A stretch of DNA of 64,000 nt, from the NCBI GenBank assembly GCA_964490975.1, contig CAZBEQ010000001.1, positions 27,917-91,916 on the forward strand, written 5' to 3'. The DNA comes from an uncultured Oscillospiraceae bacterium. GTDB taxonomy: Bacteria > Bacillota > Clostridia > Acetivibrionales > DTU013. Positions within the stretch are counted from its first letter, which is position 1; each line of letters opens with the position of its first letter. The notes under the pieces were generated by a model. That model made no database searches. It was not told the origin of the DNA and saw nothing but the letters and a program-made list of their open reading frames with translations. Of this stretch, positions 20,889 to 31,311 are shown in pieces. The position numbers were made by a program, and so were the translations under genes.

Positions 20889-21126
20889 GTATATTATTAC
20901 ACAGGTTCGACAACCAAAGGGCTATTCGAGCTATTTGTGCTGCCGGAGTATCCGAAACAAAAAAATGAGCAAGAACTTTACCTGTGATTCTAAGATGTAA
21001 TTGTTGCCAGTGATTTTGAGGCGCGGCCCGATACTGCTAAGGATTCGGCTAGCTACTCTTGGCGGCAAGACGATGATGTGATAAAATTAGGCCGATAGCA
21101 GTAAGCAGACCTGATGATTTGAAATA

Positions 21127-21882
21127 GTGAGGGTGATAAAGATTTATAATGATTTTGCATACTATTACGACAAACTTATGAGTGATGTCAACTACTTACA
21201 ATGGGCGGACTATTTGACCGGCATATTTGAGAAGCATGACCGCAGGCCAAAGCTCATAGCAGACCTTGGCTGTGGTACAGGCAGCTTCTGTATCGAGATG
21301 TGCAGGAGAGGATATGAAATGATAGGTATAGACGCTTCAGCAGAGATGCTGAGCTGTGCGCAGCAAAAAGCATCTGATGCTGGGACTGAAATTCTTTTCC
21401 TGAACCAGGATATAACTGAATTTGAACTGTACGGAACTGTAGATGCAATTACCTGTCTAATGGACAGTCTTAACTATATTACTTATAAAAATGACCTAAA
21501 TCGACTTTTCAAATGGGTGAACAACTACCTTAATCCAAATGGCCTTTTTATTTTTGATATCAATTCGCCATACAAGTTTGAAAATATTCTGGCATCAAAT
21601 GTTTTCTATGAAACCTCTGAAGACATCTCATATATATGGCAGAACAGCTACGACAAAAGGTCGCACATCTGCAGGTTTGATCTGACTTTTTTCGCTAAAG
21701 AGGGAGAGCTTTACAGGAGATTTGATGAGGTGCATCACGAGAGGAACTATGCTGTCGAAGAATTGATTGAAATGCTCGGAAATGTTCAAATGAGGGTGCT
21801 GGGGATCTATTCGGCATTTAGCTATAAGAAGCCCGAGAGCAAAAGCGAACGTATTTTTTTTGTATGTGATAAACTTGTGTAA
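21127..21882 (+). CDS. Class I SAM-dependent methyltransferase
   Basis: Motif I is IADLGCGTGSF. 251 aa with a GTG start. Confidence 0.8.
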   Translation: MRVIKIYNDFAYYYDKLMSDVNYLQWADYLTGIFEKHDRRPKLIADLGCGTGSFCIEMCRRGYEMIGIDASAEMLSCAQQKASDAGTEILFLNQDITEFELYGTVDAITCLMDSLNYITYKNDLNRLFKWVNNYLNPNGLFIFDINSPYKFENILASNVFYETSEDISYIWQNSYDKRSHICRFDLTFFAKEGELYRRFDEVHHERNYAVEELIEMLGNVQMRVLGIYSAFSYKKPESKSERIFFVCDKLV

Positions 21883-22002
21883 TAAGGGATAATATTACTT
21901 ATTGATTACTGTATATAAAAATCGATATTGTGGGAATATAGAATCACAATAGTTTATGGTAAACGTCAATCATATTAATTGTAGATTATGTAATCTATTT
22001 GA

Positions 22003-22030
22003 TTGACAAGCCATGAAGTAATGTGATAAT
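22003..22030 (+). promoter_or_regulatory. Putative promoter of the cold-shock gene (extended -10)
   Basis: TTGACA at 22003-22008, a 16-nt spacer ending in TGT, and GATAAT at 22025-22030. Confidence 0.5.
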
Positions 22031-22098
22031 ATAATTAAGGTTTGGCAAAAAACACAAAGTGTGGTCAGATCTAAGTTAAATTCAGGAGGTTTTACGCA

Positions 22099-22302
22099 AT
22101 GCAAAAAGGAAGAGTAAAATGGTTTAATGCTGAAAAGGGTTTTGGATTTATTGAAAGAGACAACGGAAACGATGTTTTCGTTCATTTTTCAGCTATCACT
22201 ATGGACGGTTTCAAAACACTCGAAGAAGGCTGCGAAGTAGAATTTGATGTTGTTGAGGGTGCTAAGGGACCCCAGGCTGCAAATGTCTCAAGGGTTATGT
22301 AA
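22099..22302 (+). CDS. cspA: Cold-shock protein (CspA family)
   Basis: 67 aa with the RNP1 motif KGFGFI and the RNP2 motif VFVHF. Confidence 0.95.
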   Translation: MQKGRVKWFNAEKGFGFIERDNGNDVFVHFSAITMDGFKTLEEGCEVEFDVVEGAKGPQAANVSRVM

Positions 22303-22344
22303 TTAAAGTTTTTCAAACTTTAACATAAATCTAGTCAGCAAACA

Positions 22345-22374
22345 AAAACCTCGATATTTGATATCGGGGTTTTT
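22345..22374 (+). terminator. Intrinsic terminator after csp
   Basis: aaaacctcgatat pairs with atatcggggtttt, followed by a T run. Confidence 0.75.
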
Positions 22375-22503
22375 GACTAATATTCGGGGTCAGGCTTGAA
22401 TAATTATCTTATTTGATTAACCTAATAATATATGTAGACTATTTTTACTGAGTAAGTATAGCATATCTGACCGTTAAACAGGCCGGATACCAAAGGAGAT
22501 AGC

Positions 22504-23373
22504 ATGGCAGACCATATAGTCAGGGCAACAGCAGCAGGGGGTATGGTGCGAGCATTTGCGGCTGCAACTAAAGACCTTGTCCAGCAGGCCCATATAATTC
22601 ACGGCACATCCGGAGTAGCATCCGCAGCTCTTGGGAGGACTCTTACGGCAGCAGCGATCATGGGCAGGATGTTCAAAAGCGAAAAGGATGTATTGACTAT
22701 CCAGATAAAAGGAGACGGGCCGCTTGGCGGGATAATAGCAGTATCTGACGCACATTCGAATGTCAGAGGCTATGTGTATGAACCGCAGGTATATCTTCCG
22801 TTGAATGCTGCCGGTAAATTCGATGTTGCGCAGGCAGTAGGCAAGAATGGTTATCTTAATGTCATAAAGGATATGGGTCTCAAGGAGCCGTATGTGGGTT
22901 ATGTTGAACTGGTTTCGGGTGAGATCGGGGAGGACATGGCATACTATTTTGCCTCTTCGGAACAGATCCCGACAGTCGTGTCGCTTGGAGTCCTCGTAGA
23001 TGCTGATGAAAATGTTGTGACAGCAGGGGGTTATGTAATTCAGCTTATGCCAGGAGCTGACGAGAGCATAATTGAGTTCATAGAGGATAAGGTTTTCTTT
23101 GCAGATTCGATAACATATATGCTCTCTGTAGGCATGGATGCCCAAGCAGTTCTGGAAAGTTTGCTGGGAGAGAAGGAGCTTCAGATCACGGACAGGCTGC
23201 CATGTAAATATCAATGCAATTGCAGCAGGGAACGTATGGAGAGGAGCCTGATCAGCCTTGGTGCCAAGGAACTGCAGGAAATGGCGGACGAACAGCATGG
23301 AGCGGAGCTTCAGTGCCATTTCTGCAATACAAAGTATCAGTTTACAGAGGATGAACTTAGAGAGCTGATATGA
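22504..23373 (+). CDS. hslO: Redox-regulated chaperone Hsp33
   Basis: 289 aa with the C-terminal zinc centre CxC...CxxC (CKYQCNC...CHFCNTKY). Confidence 0.92.
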   Translation: MADHIVRATAAGGMVRAFAAATKDLVQQAHIIHGTSGVASAALGRTLTAAAIMGRMFKSEKDVLTIQIKGDGPLGGIIAVSDAHSNVRGYVYEPQVYLPLNAAGKFDVAQAVGKNGYLNVIKDMGLKEPYVGYVELVSGEIGEDMAYYFASSEQIPTVVSLGVLVDADENVVTAGGYVIQLMPGADESIIEFIEDKVFFADSITYMLSVGMDAQAVLESLLGEKELQITDRLPCKYQCNCSRERMERSLISLGAKELQEMADEQHGAELQCHFCNTKYQFTEDELRELI

Positions 23374-23521
23374 GAGGAAGTAGCAAGGCCAAGCTCAGGG
23401 AGTTGATCTGAGAGTACACTGTAAAACCGCCATTGTGGTGGGCTGAAATGCATTAATGCAATTTGTGTCATATGTGGTCGAAATTACTTGAAAATTACTT
23501 AATATAAAATTGAAAATGTTA

Positions 23522-23550
23522 TTGACTTTGAAGTGGCTTTTTTGTATACT
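23522..23550 (+). promoter_or_regulatory. Putative sigma-A promoter of the tRNA cluster
   Basis: TTGACT at 23522-23527, a 17-nt spacer, and TATACT at 23545-23550. Confidence 0.6.
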
Positions 23551-23581
23551 AGTTAATGTCGCTCGGGGCGATAAACGGTGA

Positions 23582-23657
23582 GGGCGCTTAGCTCAGCTGG
23601 GGGAGCACCTGCCTTACAAGCAGGGGGTCATAGGTTCGAGCCCTATAGTGCCCACCA
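23582..23657 (+). tRNA. tRNA-Val (TAC)
   Basis: Folds by eye into a cloverleaf with anticodon loop cTTACAa and an encoded CCA. Confidence 0.9.
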
Positions 23658-23722
23658 AAGTTTTTTCACAAACCCGTTAAGGCAAGTGAGAAAATTCCAA
23701 TAGTTTATCGTCGGCGATATAT

Positions 23723-23799
23723 GGCCCGGTAGTTCAGTTGGTTAGAACGCTAGCCTGTCACGCTAGAGGTCGAGGGTTCGAGCCCCTTCCGGGTCGCCA
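23723..23799 (+). tRNA. tRNA-Asp (GTC)
   Basis: Cloverleaf with anticodon loop cctGTCacg and an encoded CCA. Confidence 0.9.
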
Positions 23800-23831
23800 A
23801 TATACAGATGGCAAATGTCATCTGTATACAT

Positions 23832-23907
<76 letters not shown>

Positions 23908-23968
23908 ATTATTTACCTGCTGTATGGCGGATGAATAAGTGCTTAAGGATATGATCCCGGGCACATAT

Positions 23969-24043
23969 GCGGGATTAACTCAGTGGTAGAGTGTCACCTT
24001 GCCAAGGTGAAAGTCGCGAGTCCGAATCTCGTATCCCGCTCCA
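23969..24043 (+). tRNA. tRNA-Gly (GCC)
   Basis: Cloverleaf with anticodon loop cttGCCaag and an encoded CCA. Confidence 0.9.
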
Positions 24044-24045
24044 AA

Positions 24046-24075
24046 ATAAAGCGCAAATGCGCTTTATTTTTTTTT
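24046..24075 (+). terminator. Intrinsic terminator of the tRNA operon
   Basis: ataaagcgc pairs with gcgctttat, followed by a T9 run. Confidence 0.85.
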
Positions 24076-24156
24076 GCACTTTTAAACATGACATACTGTT
24101 GTCACTTACATGGCGTAATATGTTAATAAAACATATTATTGTAGGGGGAAAATGAG

Positions 24157-24501
24157 ATGGAGAAAAATATTGCATTCTGTGGACTGGATTGTAACGCCTG
24201 CCCAGCATACATTGCTACTGTCAACAATGACGACGCATTAAGGGCAAAGACCGCAAAGGAGTGGTCAGGCAGTTTCGGAGGCGAATTCAAGCCTGAAGAC
24301 ATCAACTGTGACGGCTGTACCGGTAAGGAAGGAAGGCATTTGGGATACTGCAGCGTGTGTGAGATACGTTTATGCGGTGTACAAAATGAAGTTGAAAACT
24401 GTGCGCACTGTAAGGACTATTCCTGTGATAAGCTTCAAGGGTTCCATGCAAACTCTCCTGAAGCCAAAAACACTTTGGATGAGATCAGGAAAGGTTTGTG
24501 A
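24157..24501 (+). CDS. DUF3795-type cysteine-rich protein
   Basis: N-terminal FCGLDCNACPAY and further CxxC pairs, typical of DUF3795. Confidence 0.7.
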   Translation: MEKNIAFCGLDCNACPAYIATVNNDDALRAKTAKEWSGSFGGEFKPEDINCDGCTGKEGRHLGYCSVCEIRLCGVQNEVENCAHCKDYSCDKLQGFHANSPEAKNTLDEIRKGL

Positions 24502-24684
24502 TCCTAAGCACCTGCTTCAGAGCTTTTTGATTTGGCGTTGAGAGAATACCTCCATTATTCATGGAGGGTTGTATATCTCAGGCGTAGAATGCCCGAATCA
24601 TGCTCTAAGCAGGTGCTTTTTCAGATATAAACACTGTTGACATCGAACTATGTTCATGTTATCATATACTAGCGTAATTGATAC

Positions 24685-24759
24685 GGCGCCATAGCCAAGT
24701 GGTAAGGCACGGGTCTGCAAAACCCTTATCCCCCGGTCCGAATCCGGGTGGCGCCTCCA
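24685..24759 (+). tRNA. tRNA-Cys (GCA), integration target
   Basis: Cloverleaf with anticodon loop tctGCAaaa and an encoded CCA. Its 3' 45 nt recur at 49380-49424. Confidence 0.9.
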
Positions 24760-24836
24760 ATAAAAAGCCTCATTTACAGGGTTTCCCGTAAATGAGGCTT
24801 TTGCAATTTATATTATTTTTATTGAGTTGGGTACTA
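24715..24836 (+). repeat. attL-like direct repeat (122 bp: 3' part of tRNA-Cys plus 77 bp flank)
   Basis: 117 of 122 positions are identical to 49380-49501, with no indels. Confidence 0.9.
24765..24803 (+). terminator. Hairpin terminator after tRNA-Cys (part of the direct repeat)
   Basis: aagcctcatttac pairs with gtaaatgaggctt, followed by TTTT. An identical hairpin lies at 49430-49468. Confidence 0.8.
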
Positions 24837-25486
24837 CGAGAAATCAAACTTATTATTCTTCATGGTTCTGTTTATCAACTAATAACAAGCTTTCTAATTT
24901 ATATAAATTTCTTAATACCTCAAATTTTGCAATGAAAGCCGATAGGTATGAAAAAGGAAGTCATGTATATTCCAAACATTTTTAGGGGAAGATATAAATC
25001 CCAATATATACAGATTATAAGTTTGGATTTAGAAAAACATTCTTAACTTGGTACGATAAATCATTTAACCAATGTATAAAAACAATTTTCCAAATATGTT
25101 ATATGATGTTGTAATAGACACAACGATAAGTAAATTTAGGAATAGTTAGAGTTCTTGAGGATTTCACTTGAAGGGCTTATGCAAAATAGATGAGTATTCT
25201 ATGGAGCAAGAGCTCTTTTTTTCAAAAGTTTAAAGGCAAGTTCCCGGAAGAACATGCCTTTATAGAATAATTAAATATACGAATAAATAATTACACTACC
25301 CTTCATGATGTTGAGTGTTGGGAACAGAACATGGAAAAACAATATGTCCCGCGAAGCATGGGAACAACTTGAGCGTTGAAGAATCTGAAATTTATATTAA
25401 TATTACCCGAATAATATACTTATTTATGATTTTTCTTGACGAATAAATAAATTCAACATACAATATTGGCAATGAGGTGATTGTTT

Positions 25487-26773
25487 ATGCGTAGAAAAAT
25501 CGAGACTCAACTCGTAGAGTGGAAGGAAAGAGAGAGAATGCCCCTATTGCTTTACGGAGCCAGGCAGGTTGGAAAAACCTACATTCTTACAGAGTTTGGA
25601 GAGAAGTATTTCCACAATACTGTATATGTCAACCTGGAAACGAACCTCTCGGTTGCCAGATATTTTGATGACGACATTACGCCCGAAAGATTGATACGTT
25701 TCCTTGAAACAACGGTAAATGAAGAAATCATTCCTGATAAAACATTAATAATATTTGATGAAATACAAAGCTGCGAGAGAGCTCTGACGGCTCTTAAATA
25801 CTTTTGCGAGTTAGCACCGGAATATCATGTGGCGGCGGCTGGAAGTTTACTAGGTGTTGCCATAAATAGAGAAAAATATAGCTTCCCTGTGGGCAAGGTG
25901 GAAAGCATGACGCTCTACCCGCTGGATTTTGAGGAATTTCTATGGGCAATGGGAGAAGAACGGCTTGCTCAGGAAATCCGCAATTGTTTTACCGATATTG
26001 CACCGATGCCAGAAGCTCTCCACAATAAAGCATTGGAGCTGTATCGTTACTATTTGATAGTAGGCGGTATGCCTGCAAGCGTTTCATCCTTTATAAAATC
26101 CGGTAAATTGGTACTTGTACCTAACGTTCAGAATGAAATAACCGGCAACTATGTCGCCGACATGGCAAAGTATGCCGATACTTCCGAAACAGTGAAAATA
26201 CGCGCCTGCTTCAACTCCATACCTGCTCAGCTTGCCAAAGAAAACACGAAGTTTCAGTATAAGGTTATCCAAAAAGGCGGCAGTGCTGCTTTGTTCGGAG
26301 CTTCAATCGACTGGTTGACACAAGCGGGAGTCGTTTTGAAATGCCAAAAGATAGAGCATGCCCAGAACCCCATTTCTGTTTACGCAGATTTATCTTCTTT
26401 TAAGCTGTATATGAGTGATGTTGGCTTGCTTGTCATGAAATCTGGATTGGCACAACAAACGATATTGACTGGTGAATCCAACATTTTCATGGGAGCTGTA
26501 ACTGAAAATTATATTGCACAGGCGCTCGTGTCCAACGGATATACGCCTTACTACTGGACGAGCGAGCATTCGGCAGAGCTTGATTTTGTGATACAAAAGG
26601 ATGCGGATATTGTTGGCATTGAAGTCAAAAAGTCTACCAGTACCAAGTCAAAAAGTCTTGGTGTGTTCATTCAGAAGTATAAGCCTACCTATTCCATCCG
26701 GTTTTCAGAAAAGAACTTTGGTCAAAGCGAGGGGATACAGGCGATACCACACTATGCTGCATTTTGCGTATAA
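25487..26773 (+). CDS. AAA ATPase with DUF4143-type C-terminal domain
   Basis: Walker A GARQVGKT and Walker B IIFDEIQ. The ~430-aa architecture is typical of the AAA_14/DUF4143 family. Confidence 0.7.
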   Translation: MRRKIETQLVEWKERERMPLLLYGARQVGKTYILTEFGEKYFHNTVYVNLETNLSVARYFDDDITPERLIRFLETTVNEEIIPDKTLIIFDEIQSCERALTALKYFCELAPEYHVAAAGSLLGVAINREKYSFPVGKVESMTLYPLDFEEFLWAMGEERLAQEIRNCFTDIAPMPEALHNKALELYRYYLIVGGMPASVSSFIKSGKLVLVPNVQNEITGNYVADMAKYADTSETVKIRACFNSIPAQLAKENTKFQYKVIQKGGSAALFGASIDWLTQAGVVLKCQKIEHAQNPISVYADLSSFKLYMSDVGLLVMKSGLAQQTILTGESNIFMGAVTENYIAQALVSNGYTPYYWTSEHSAELDFVIQKDADIVGIEVKKSTSTKSKSLGVFIQKYKPTYSIRFSEKNFGQSEGIQAIPHYAAFCV

Positions 26774-26828
26774 AATGCTTCATTGCTGTGATTTCAGCAT
26801 ATACATTAAATTCAATCAAAGCAAAAAA

Positions 26829-26857
26829 ATAGAACGCAATGAGCGTTCTATTTTTTT
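26829..26857 (+). terminator. Intrinsic terminator
   Basis: atagaacgc pairs with gcgttctat, followed by a T7 run. Confidence 0.8.
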
Positions 26858-27092
26858 AGTAATTTTCTGCTTTCTTGCGGTTATTCCTTCAGAGAGTTGT
26901 ATATAGTGTTTCGATTTGTCTGTTATTAACGGTTTTATTATATGAAGACCGAACTCACCGCCGCACTTTCAGGGCGGTAGTGGTTCGGTTTTTTTGACGT
27001 TTATTTGTAGCAATAATAGAAAACGTATAAGTTCATTTTTAATTTATATATTCTCTCAATATATCAAAGAACCCAAAAGGATGTGATGAAAT

Positions 27093-27351
27093 ATGGACAT
27101 AAAGAAGTACGGAAGCCGGAACTGGGCAGTGTACGGCGATTTCGACAATTTAATTTGTGTAGCAGTCTACAAAAGGTGCTTTGGAAGTTTTGAACAGGCT
27201 TTCAGGTATAGAAACCGGAAACTATTCTGTCCCTTCTATTGATATTAAGGAATTTACGAAGCAACAAAAGGAAATAAGGCAGATACACAAAAAGCTTAAT
27301 AACATTTTTAATCAAATCAAATCCGAAAACAAGCTAAATGAAGCTGTTTAA
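27093..27351 (+). pseudogene. Small conserved mobile-element gene with +1 frameshift in an A-run
   Basis: MDIKKYGSRNWAVY...VAVYK continues in the next frame as GALEVLNRLSGIETGN...NEAV*. The 259-nt length is consistent with one extra A in acaaaagg (~27170). Confidence 0.5.
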
Positions 27352-27376
27352 AAAAACCAAAAAGGAGAGAATCATT

Positions 27377-28308
27377 ATGCCAGCAAATGTAGAAACCATG
27401 TTTTATGTAAGGGAAGCACCCTGGCACGGCCTTGGTACCCGTGTAGAAACTGCTCTTAGTTCTGAAGAGGCTCTAAAGGAATCAGGGCTAGACTGGACTG
27501 TAACACAACGACCTATTATGACAAGCGATTTCAAGCCTATTCCCGGCTACAAGGCGAATATACGCCAGACCGATGAAACTGTGCTTGGGGTGGTAACCGA
27601 CCGGTACAAAGTTGTTCAGAATCACGAAGCTTTTGAGTTTACTGATTCCCTGTTAGGCGAAGGGGTAAAGTTTGAAACGGCGGGAAGTTTGAACGGAGGA
27701 AGATATGGCTGCTCGCTAAACTCCCGGATAAGTACATCATGGAAGGTGAACGAATCGAACCGTTTCTAGTTTTTTCCAATACGCATGACGGGACAGGCAG
27801 TATCAAGGTCGCAATGACACCGATTAGGGTTGTCTGTCAAAACACTTTGAATATGGCTCTGGCCAGTGCAAAGCGTATATGGACAACAATTCATGTGGGC
27901 AATCTTTCTCAAAAGATGGAAGAAGCCCATAATACCTTATTACTTGCGGAGGATTATATGCAAAACCTTGGCGCAGAGTTCAGAAGGTTAAGTAAAGTTA
28001 AACTGTCCGACAGCAAAGTAATGGAGTATATTGAAATGCTGCTGCCTATGGCTGACAACCCAACGGAGATTCAGCGTAAAAATGTTATACAGATCAGGGA
28101 TGACTTGAAGATGAGATACTTTGACGCTCCCGATCTGCGCTATGTTGGGAAAAATGCTTACCGTTTCATCAACGCTGTGTCTGACTTCGCCACCCATGCC
28201 AAGCCTTTACGAGAGACATCTTCCTATCGTGAGAACGTTTTCGCTAAGACAATAGAGGGGAATCCCTTGCTTGACAAGGCTTATGAAATCGTTCTGGCTG
28301 TAGCGTAG
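27377..28308 (+). pseudogene. DUF932-family (phage/plasmid-like) gene, frameshifted
   Basis: The N-terminus (MPANVETMFYVREAPWHGLG) is typical of DUF932. The frame changes at ~27700: GSLNGG in one frame, RKIWLLAKLPDKYIMEGER in the next. This fits a 1-nt deletion. Confidence 0.7.
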
Positions 28309-28323
28309 ATGGGAGGATTGACT

Positions 28324-29268
28324 ATGTTTAAAATATTAACATCAACCGAGGGCCTATCAACCGAAGAGTGGCTAGAATTCCGAAGATTAGGCATTAGAGG
28401 ATCTGATTCCTCCGTTGTATGTGGAGTCAACCGTTATAAATCGCCCATTGAACTCTGGATGGAAAAAACGGGTCAATGGCCGAATCAGGAAGCAGGAGAG
28501 CCAGCATACTGGGGACAGCAGCTAGAATCTTTAGTACGAAATGAATTTACCAAGCGGACAGGCATTGAGGTAACTCTGGTAAAGCAAATGCTGCAAAGCG
28601 AAGCCCACCCCTTTATGCTCGCCAATCTTGACGGAATATGCGAACATCCGGATTATGGAACCTATGTATTTGAGGCCAAAACAGCTAGCACTTTTAAGAG
28701 TGGAGAATGGGAGGATGCCATACCGGATGAATATGTATTGCAAGTCCAGCACTATTTAGCCGTAACCGGTTATACGGGTGCTTTTATTGCAGTACTTATT
28801 GGCGGGAATCAATTCAAGTGGAAATATATAGAACGGGATGAAGAATTGATAGCCATGCTAATACAACTGGAAACAGACTTCTGGGGGCATGTTCAATCGA
28901 ACGTGCCTCCTTCTCTTGACGGTTCGGAGGCTGCCGCCAGGTTTCTGAGCGAAAGGTTTCCTGATAGTGTGCCGCAGTCCAGACTTGAACTGCCTCAAGA
29001 AGCTGCTTCCTTAATTGAACAATATAATCTTGCATGCGAGGGAGTCGAGAAGCATACCGAAAAGAAGCTGGAGGCGGAAAATCAATTAAAACAGATGCTT
29101 GGCGAGAATGAAGCCGGAACTGTCGGAGATAAGGTTATCATGTGGAAAGCAATTACACAGGAGCGATTAGATACAAAAACCCTAAAGGCCGAACACCCGG
29201 CATTATTCCAGAAGTACGCGAACAAAACCTCATATCGCAGGTTCTCCATCAAGCAGGTAGCTATATGA
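28324..29268 (+). CDS. YqaJ-like viral recombinase exonuclease (PD-(D/E)XK)
   Basis: GSDSSVVCGVNRYKSPIELW plus D...E.K (DGICEHP...VFEAKT). The likely start is ATG 28324, after GGGAGGA. Confidence 0.8.
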   Translation: MFKILTSTEGLSTEEWLEFRRLGIRGSDSSVVCGVNRYKSPIELWMEKTGQWPNQEAGEPAYWGQQLESLVRNEFTKRTGIEVTLVKQMLQSEAHPFMLANLDGICEHPDYGTYVFEAKTASTFKSGEWEDAIPDEYVLQVQHYLAVTGYTGAFIAVLIGGNQFKWKYIERDEELIAMLIQLETDFWGHVQSNVPPSLDGSEAAARFLSERFPDSVPQSRLELPQEAASLIEQYNLACEGVEKHTEKKLEAENQLKQMLGENEAGTVGDKVIMWKAITQERLDTKTLKAEHPALFQKYANKTSYRRFSIKQVAI

Positions 29269-29290
29269 AAAAGTAACGGGGAGGTACAGA

Positions 29291-30091
29291 ATGAACAATA
29301 CAAATCTTAAAAATCGTTTGAACGGGAAAGTACAAAACATGCAGGCTGAGCCAATGAAAGGAAAGGTTATAAATATGAAAGATACACTTTTAACAACAGA
29401 AACCGCATTAACATCTGCCGATTCCAATTATATCGCGCTTACGACAAACGCCCTGGACATAATTAATGAAAACTTGAAGAATCAGCCTCTTTCGTATCGA
29501 CTGTTTGATATTATCAAATCTCCGGCCGGAGGCGGCACAGTCTTTACCGTAGCCGGCCTGAGCGGAGATGAAATTCAAAAAGAACTGACGGGGATTATTC
29601 TTGATTATACCACCCCGAGGGCTTATTGGGAGACTACCAGCCCAGTGGAAGGGACTCCGCCAGTCTGTTACAGTAAAGACAGTATAATGTCAGTTGAAGG
29701 TAAGTCTTGTAGTCATTGTATTTACAATGAGTTCGGCTCAAAAGAAGGTGATTCAAACGGTAAGGCATGTAAAGAGTCGGTTTTACTATACCTGCTTCGC
29801 CCAGATAACATTATGCCGGTTTTTGTCCGTATTCCTGCATCAAGTAAATTTATCTTCCAGAGATATATGACAAGATTAATTGGCCGCCTTATTCCGTTGT
29901 ATGGTGTAGTGACAAAAATCACGCTCGAAAAGGCAACCAGCAAGACCGGACAAGCTTATGCACAGTTCAACTTTGAAGCTGTCAAGATGCTAAGTCCCGA
30001 AGAAGCCCGTAACGCCAAGACTTTTGGAAGTAAATTTGTAGAAATATTAAACGCCGCTGATAACGCAGAAGGCAATAAAGAAGCTGTGTAA
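29291..30091 (+). CDS. Hypothetical protein with a Cys cluster; positional candidate for the annealing/ssDNA-binding partner of YqaJ
   Basis: Good RBS. Contains a PVCYS...CSHC...ACK cysteine cluster. The function is inferred only from its position after the exonuclease. Confidence 0.35.
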   Translation: MNNTNLKNRLNGKVQNMQAEPMKGKVINMKDTLLTTETALTSADSNYIALTTNALDIINENLKNQPLSYRLFDIIKSPAGGGTVFTVAGLSGDEIQKELTGIILDYTTPRAYWETTSPVEGTPPVCYSKDSIMSVEGKSCSHCIYNEFGSKEGDSNGKACKESVLLYLLRPDNIMPVFVRIPASSKFIFQRYMTRLIGRLIPLYGVVTKITLEKATSKTGQAYAQFNFEAVKMLSPEEARNAKTFGSKFVEILNAADNAEGNKEAV

Positions 30092-30122
30092 GGGGTTACA
30101 TAACACTTTATCAACAAAACAG

Positions 30123-30152
30123 TCCCCGGACTCTAAATCCGGGGATTGCTTT
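30123..30152 (+). terminator. Intrinsic terminator
   Basis: tccccgga pairs with tccgggga, followed by a T-rich tail. Confidence 0.6.
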
Positions 30153-30177
30153 TACTAATTAACTTTTGGAGGCAGAC

Positions 30178-30366
30178 ATGAAAAAAGATCTCAATATAGA
30201 AATATACGGCCACAGAATTGATGATGTTGCAGAAAAAATTGGCTCTCTGTTTGGCGAGACAGGAAGGGCTGTCGGCAAGGCGATAGACAGTGTGACGAAA
30301 AACGTAACTATAAAAATTGACGATAAGAAAAACAATAGACAAAATGAGAATCCTTATAACTATTGA
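30178..30366 (+). CDS. Small hypothetical protein (62 aa)
   Basis: GGAGG lies 7 nt before ATG 30178. No recognisable family. Confidence 0.4.
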   Translation: MKKDLNIEIYGHRIDDVAEKIGSLFGETGRAVGKAIDSVTKNVTIKIDDKKNNRQNENPYNY

Positions 30367-30394
30367 TAATTTTATCTTACGAGGAAGGACTTTT

Positions 30395-30580
30395 ATGAGA
30401 TTCACTGACATATTCAAACCCAAGTGTGCTAAATGCCCTTATACGCTAGGGCTTGTAAAATTTGTGGTCTGCCCTTGTCCTTATTGCAAAAGAAACAATT
30501 ACTGCACATATCACAGGCTTATTAAAGGCAGGCATACATTCACTGAAAGTAAAAAAAGGAATAACCATACCTGTTGCTAA
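30395..30580 (+). CDS. Small cysteine-rich (zinc-ribbon-like) hypothetical protein (61 aa)
   Basis: GAGGAAGG RBS, then CAKCPY...CPCPYC. Confidence 0.4.
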   Translation: MRFTDIFKPKCAKCPYTLGLVKFVVCPCPYCKRNNYCTYHRLIKGRHTFTESKKRNNHTCC

Positions 30581-30769
30581 CAAGTAATAAATTACCGAAT
30601 GATATGATTTACATGTCCGTGCCTTGTTGCACGGGCATGTAAGTCATATGTTCCTACTAACTATTGTGGAGAAAAAGAATAAATAATGAAGAATTCTTGT
30701 GATTCACAATCAATGTGAAGCTATTTAAAGGGTTATCAGGGTTGCAATTTCTGCTCATAGCCTACACAA

Positions 30770-31117
30770 TTAAGTGTCCTTGAATACAATTTTTTCACGA
30801 TATAACTTTATATAGTCAATCAAAAATGACAATTCATCGTCTGTTGCATTGCTTAGCAAGGTCATTATCGTGTCTTTTTTATCGGTTGAAGACTCTAGGA
30901 TTATGTTTCTATCAAAAATTATTGAATCGGCGCTTACTCCAAGTGTCTTACAAACACCTATCAGTGTTTCAATGCTTAAAGAAGATTCTCCGCGTTCAAG
31001 GGTTCCCAGAAATGAAGAGGATATACCTATCAATTCAGATAGTGTATCTATTGTTAGGTTCTTACTTTTTCGAGCTAACCGTATATTCTCTCCAATATAT
31101 TTTAAATCATCTTTCAT
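30770..31117 (-). CDS. XRE-family HTH transcriptional regulator
   Basis: IGENIRLARKSKNLTIDTLSELIGISSSFLGTLERG is a classic Cro/CI HTH. Confidence 0.8.
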   Translation of the reverse strand: MKDDLKYIGENIRLARKSKNLTIDTLSELIGISSSFLGTLERGESSLSIETLIGVCKTLGVSADSIIFDRNIILESSTDKKDTIMTLLSNATDDELSFLIDYIKLYREKIVFKDT

Positions 31118-31311
31118 ATCATCACCTATGATAAATAGTACAGGCAAGCTGATGAGATTAGAACCGCATGTGGCAGGTGCTATTAGCGACTGTATTGCGG
31201 TTTTTTGAATTAACTGATATAATTTTCACAAGCAAGAATATTCAAAAACTACCATTATGAGCATATAGAACGAAAATTTCTAGAATATAAAAGTGAAGGA
31301 GACTTATTATT

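Noticed and set aside
22474-23319. 281-aa ORF on the minus strand
   Set aside because: It is entirely antisense to the clearly recognisable hslO (Hsp33) gene and has a Cys/His/Arg-rich, non-protein-like composition. It is an antisense shadow ORF.
24640-24662. LexA/SOS-box-like cgaactatgttc before tRNA-Cys
   Set aside because: The GAAC and GTTC half-sites are separated by 3 nt rather than the 4 nt of the Firmicute consensus. The sequence also overlaps a plausible tRNA promoter spacer.
26601-26906. 101-aa ORF overlapping the end of the DUF4143 ATPase gene
   Set aside because: It overlaps a well-supported gene out of frame and reads through that gene's terminator. It is spurious.
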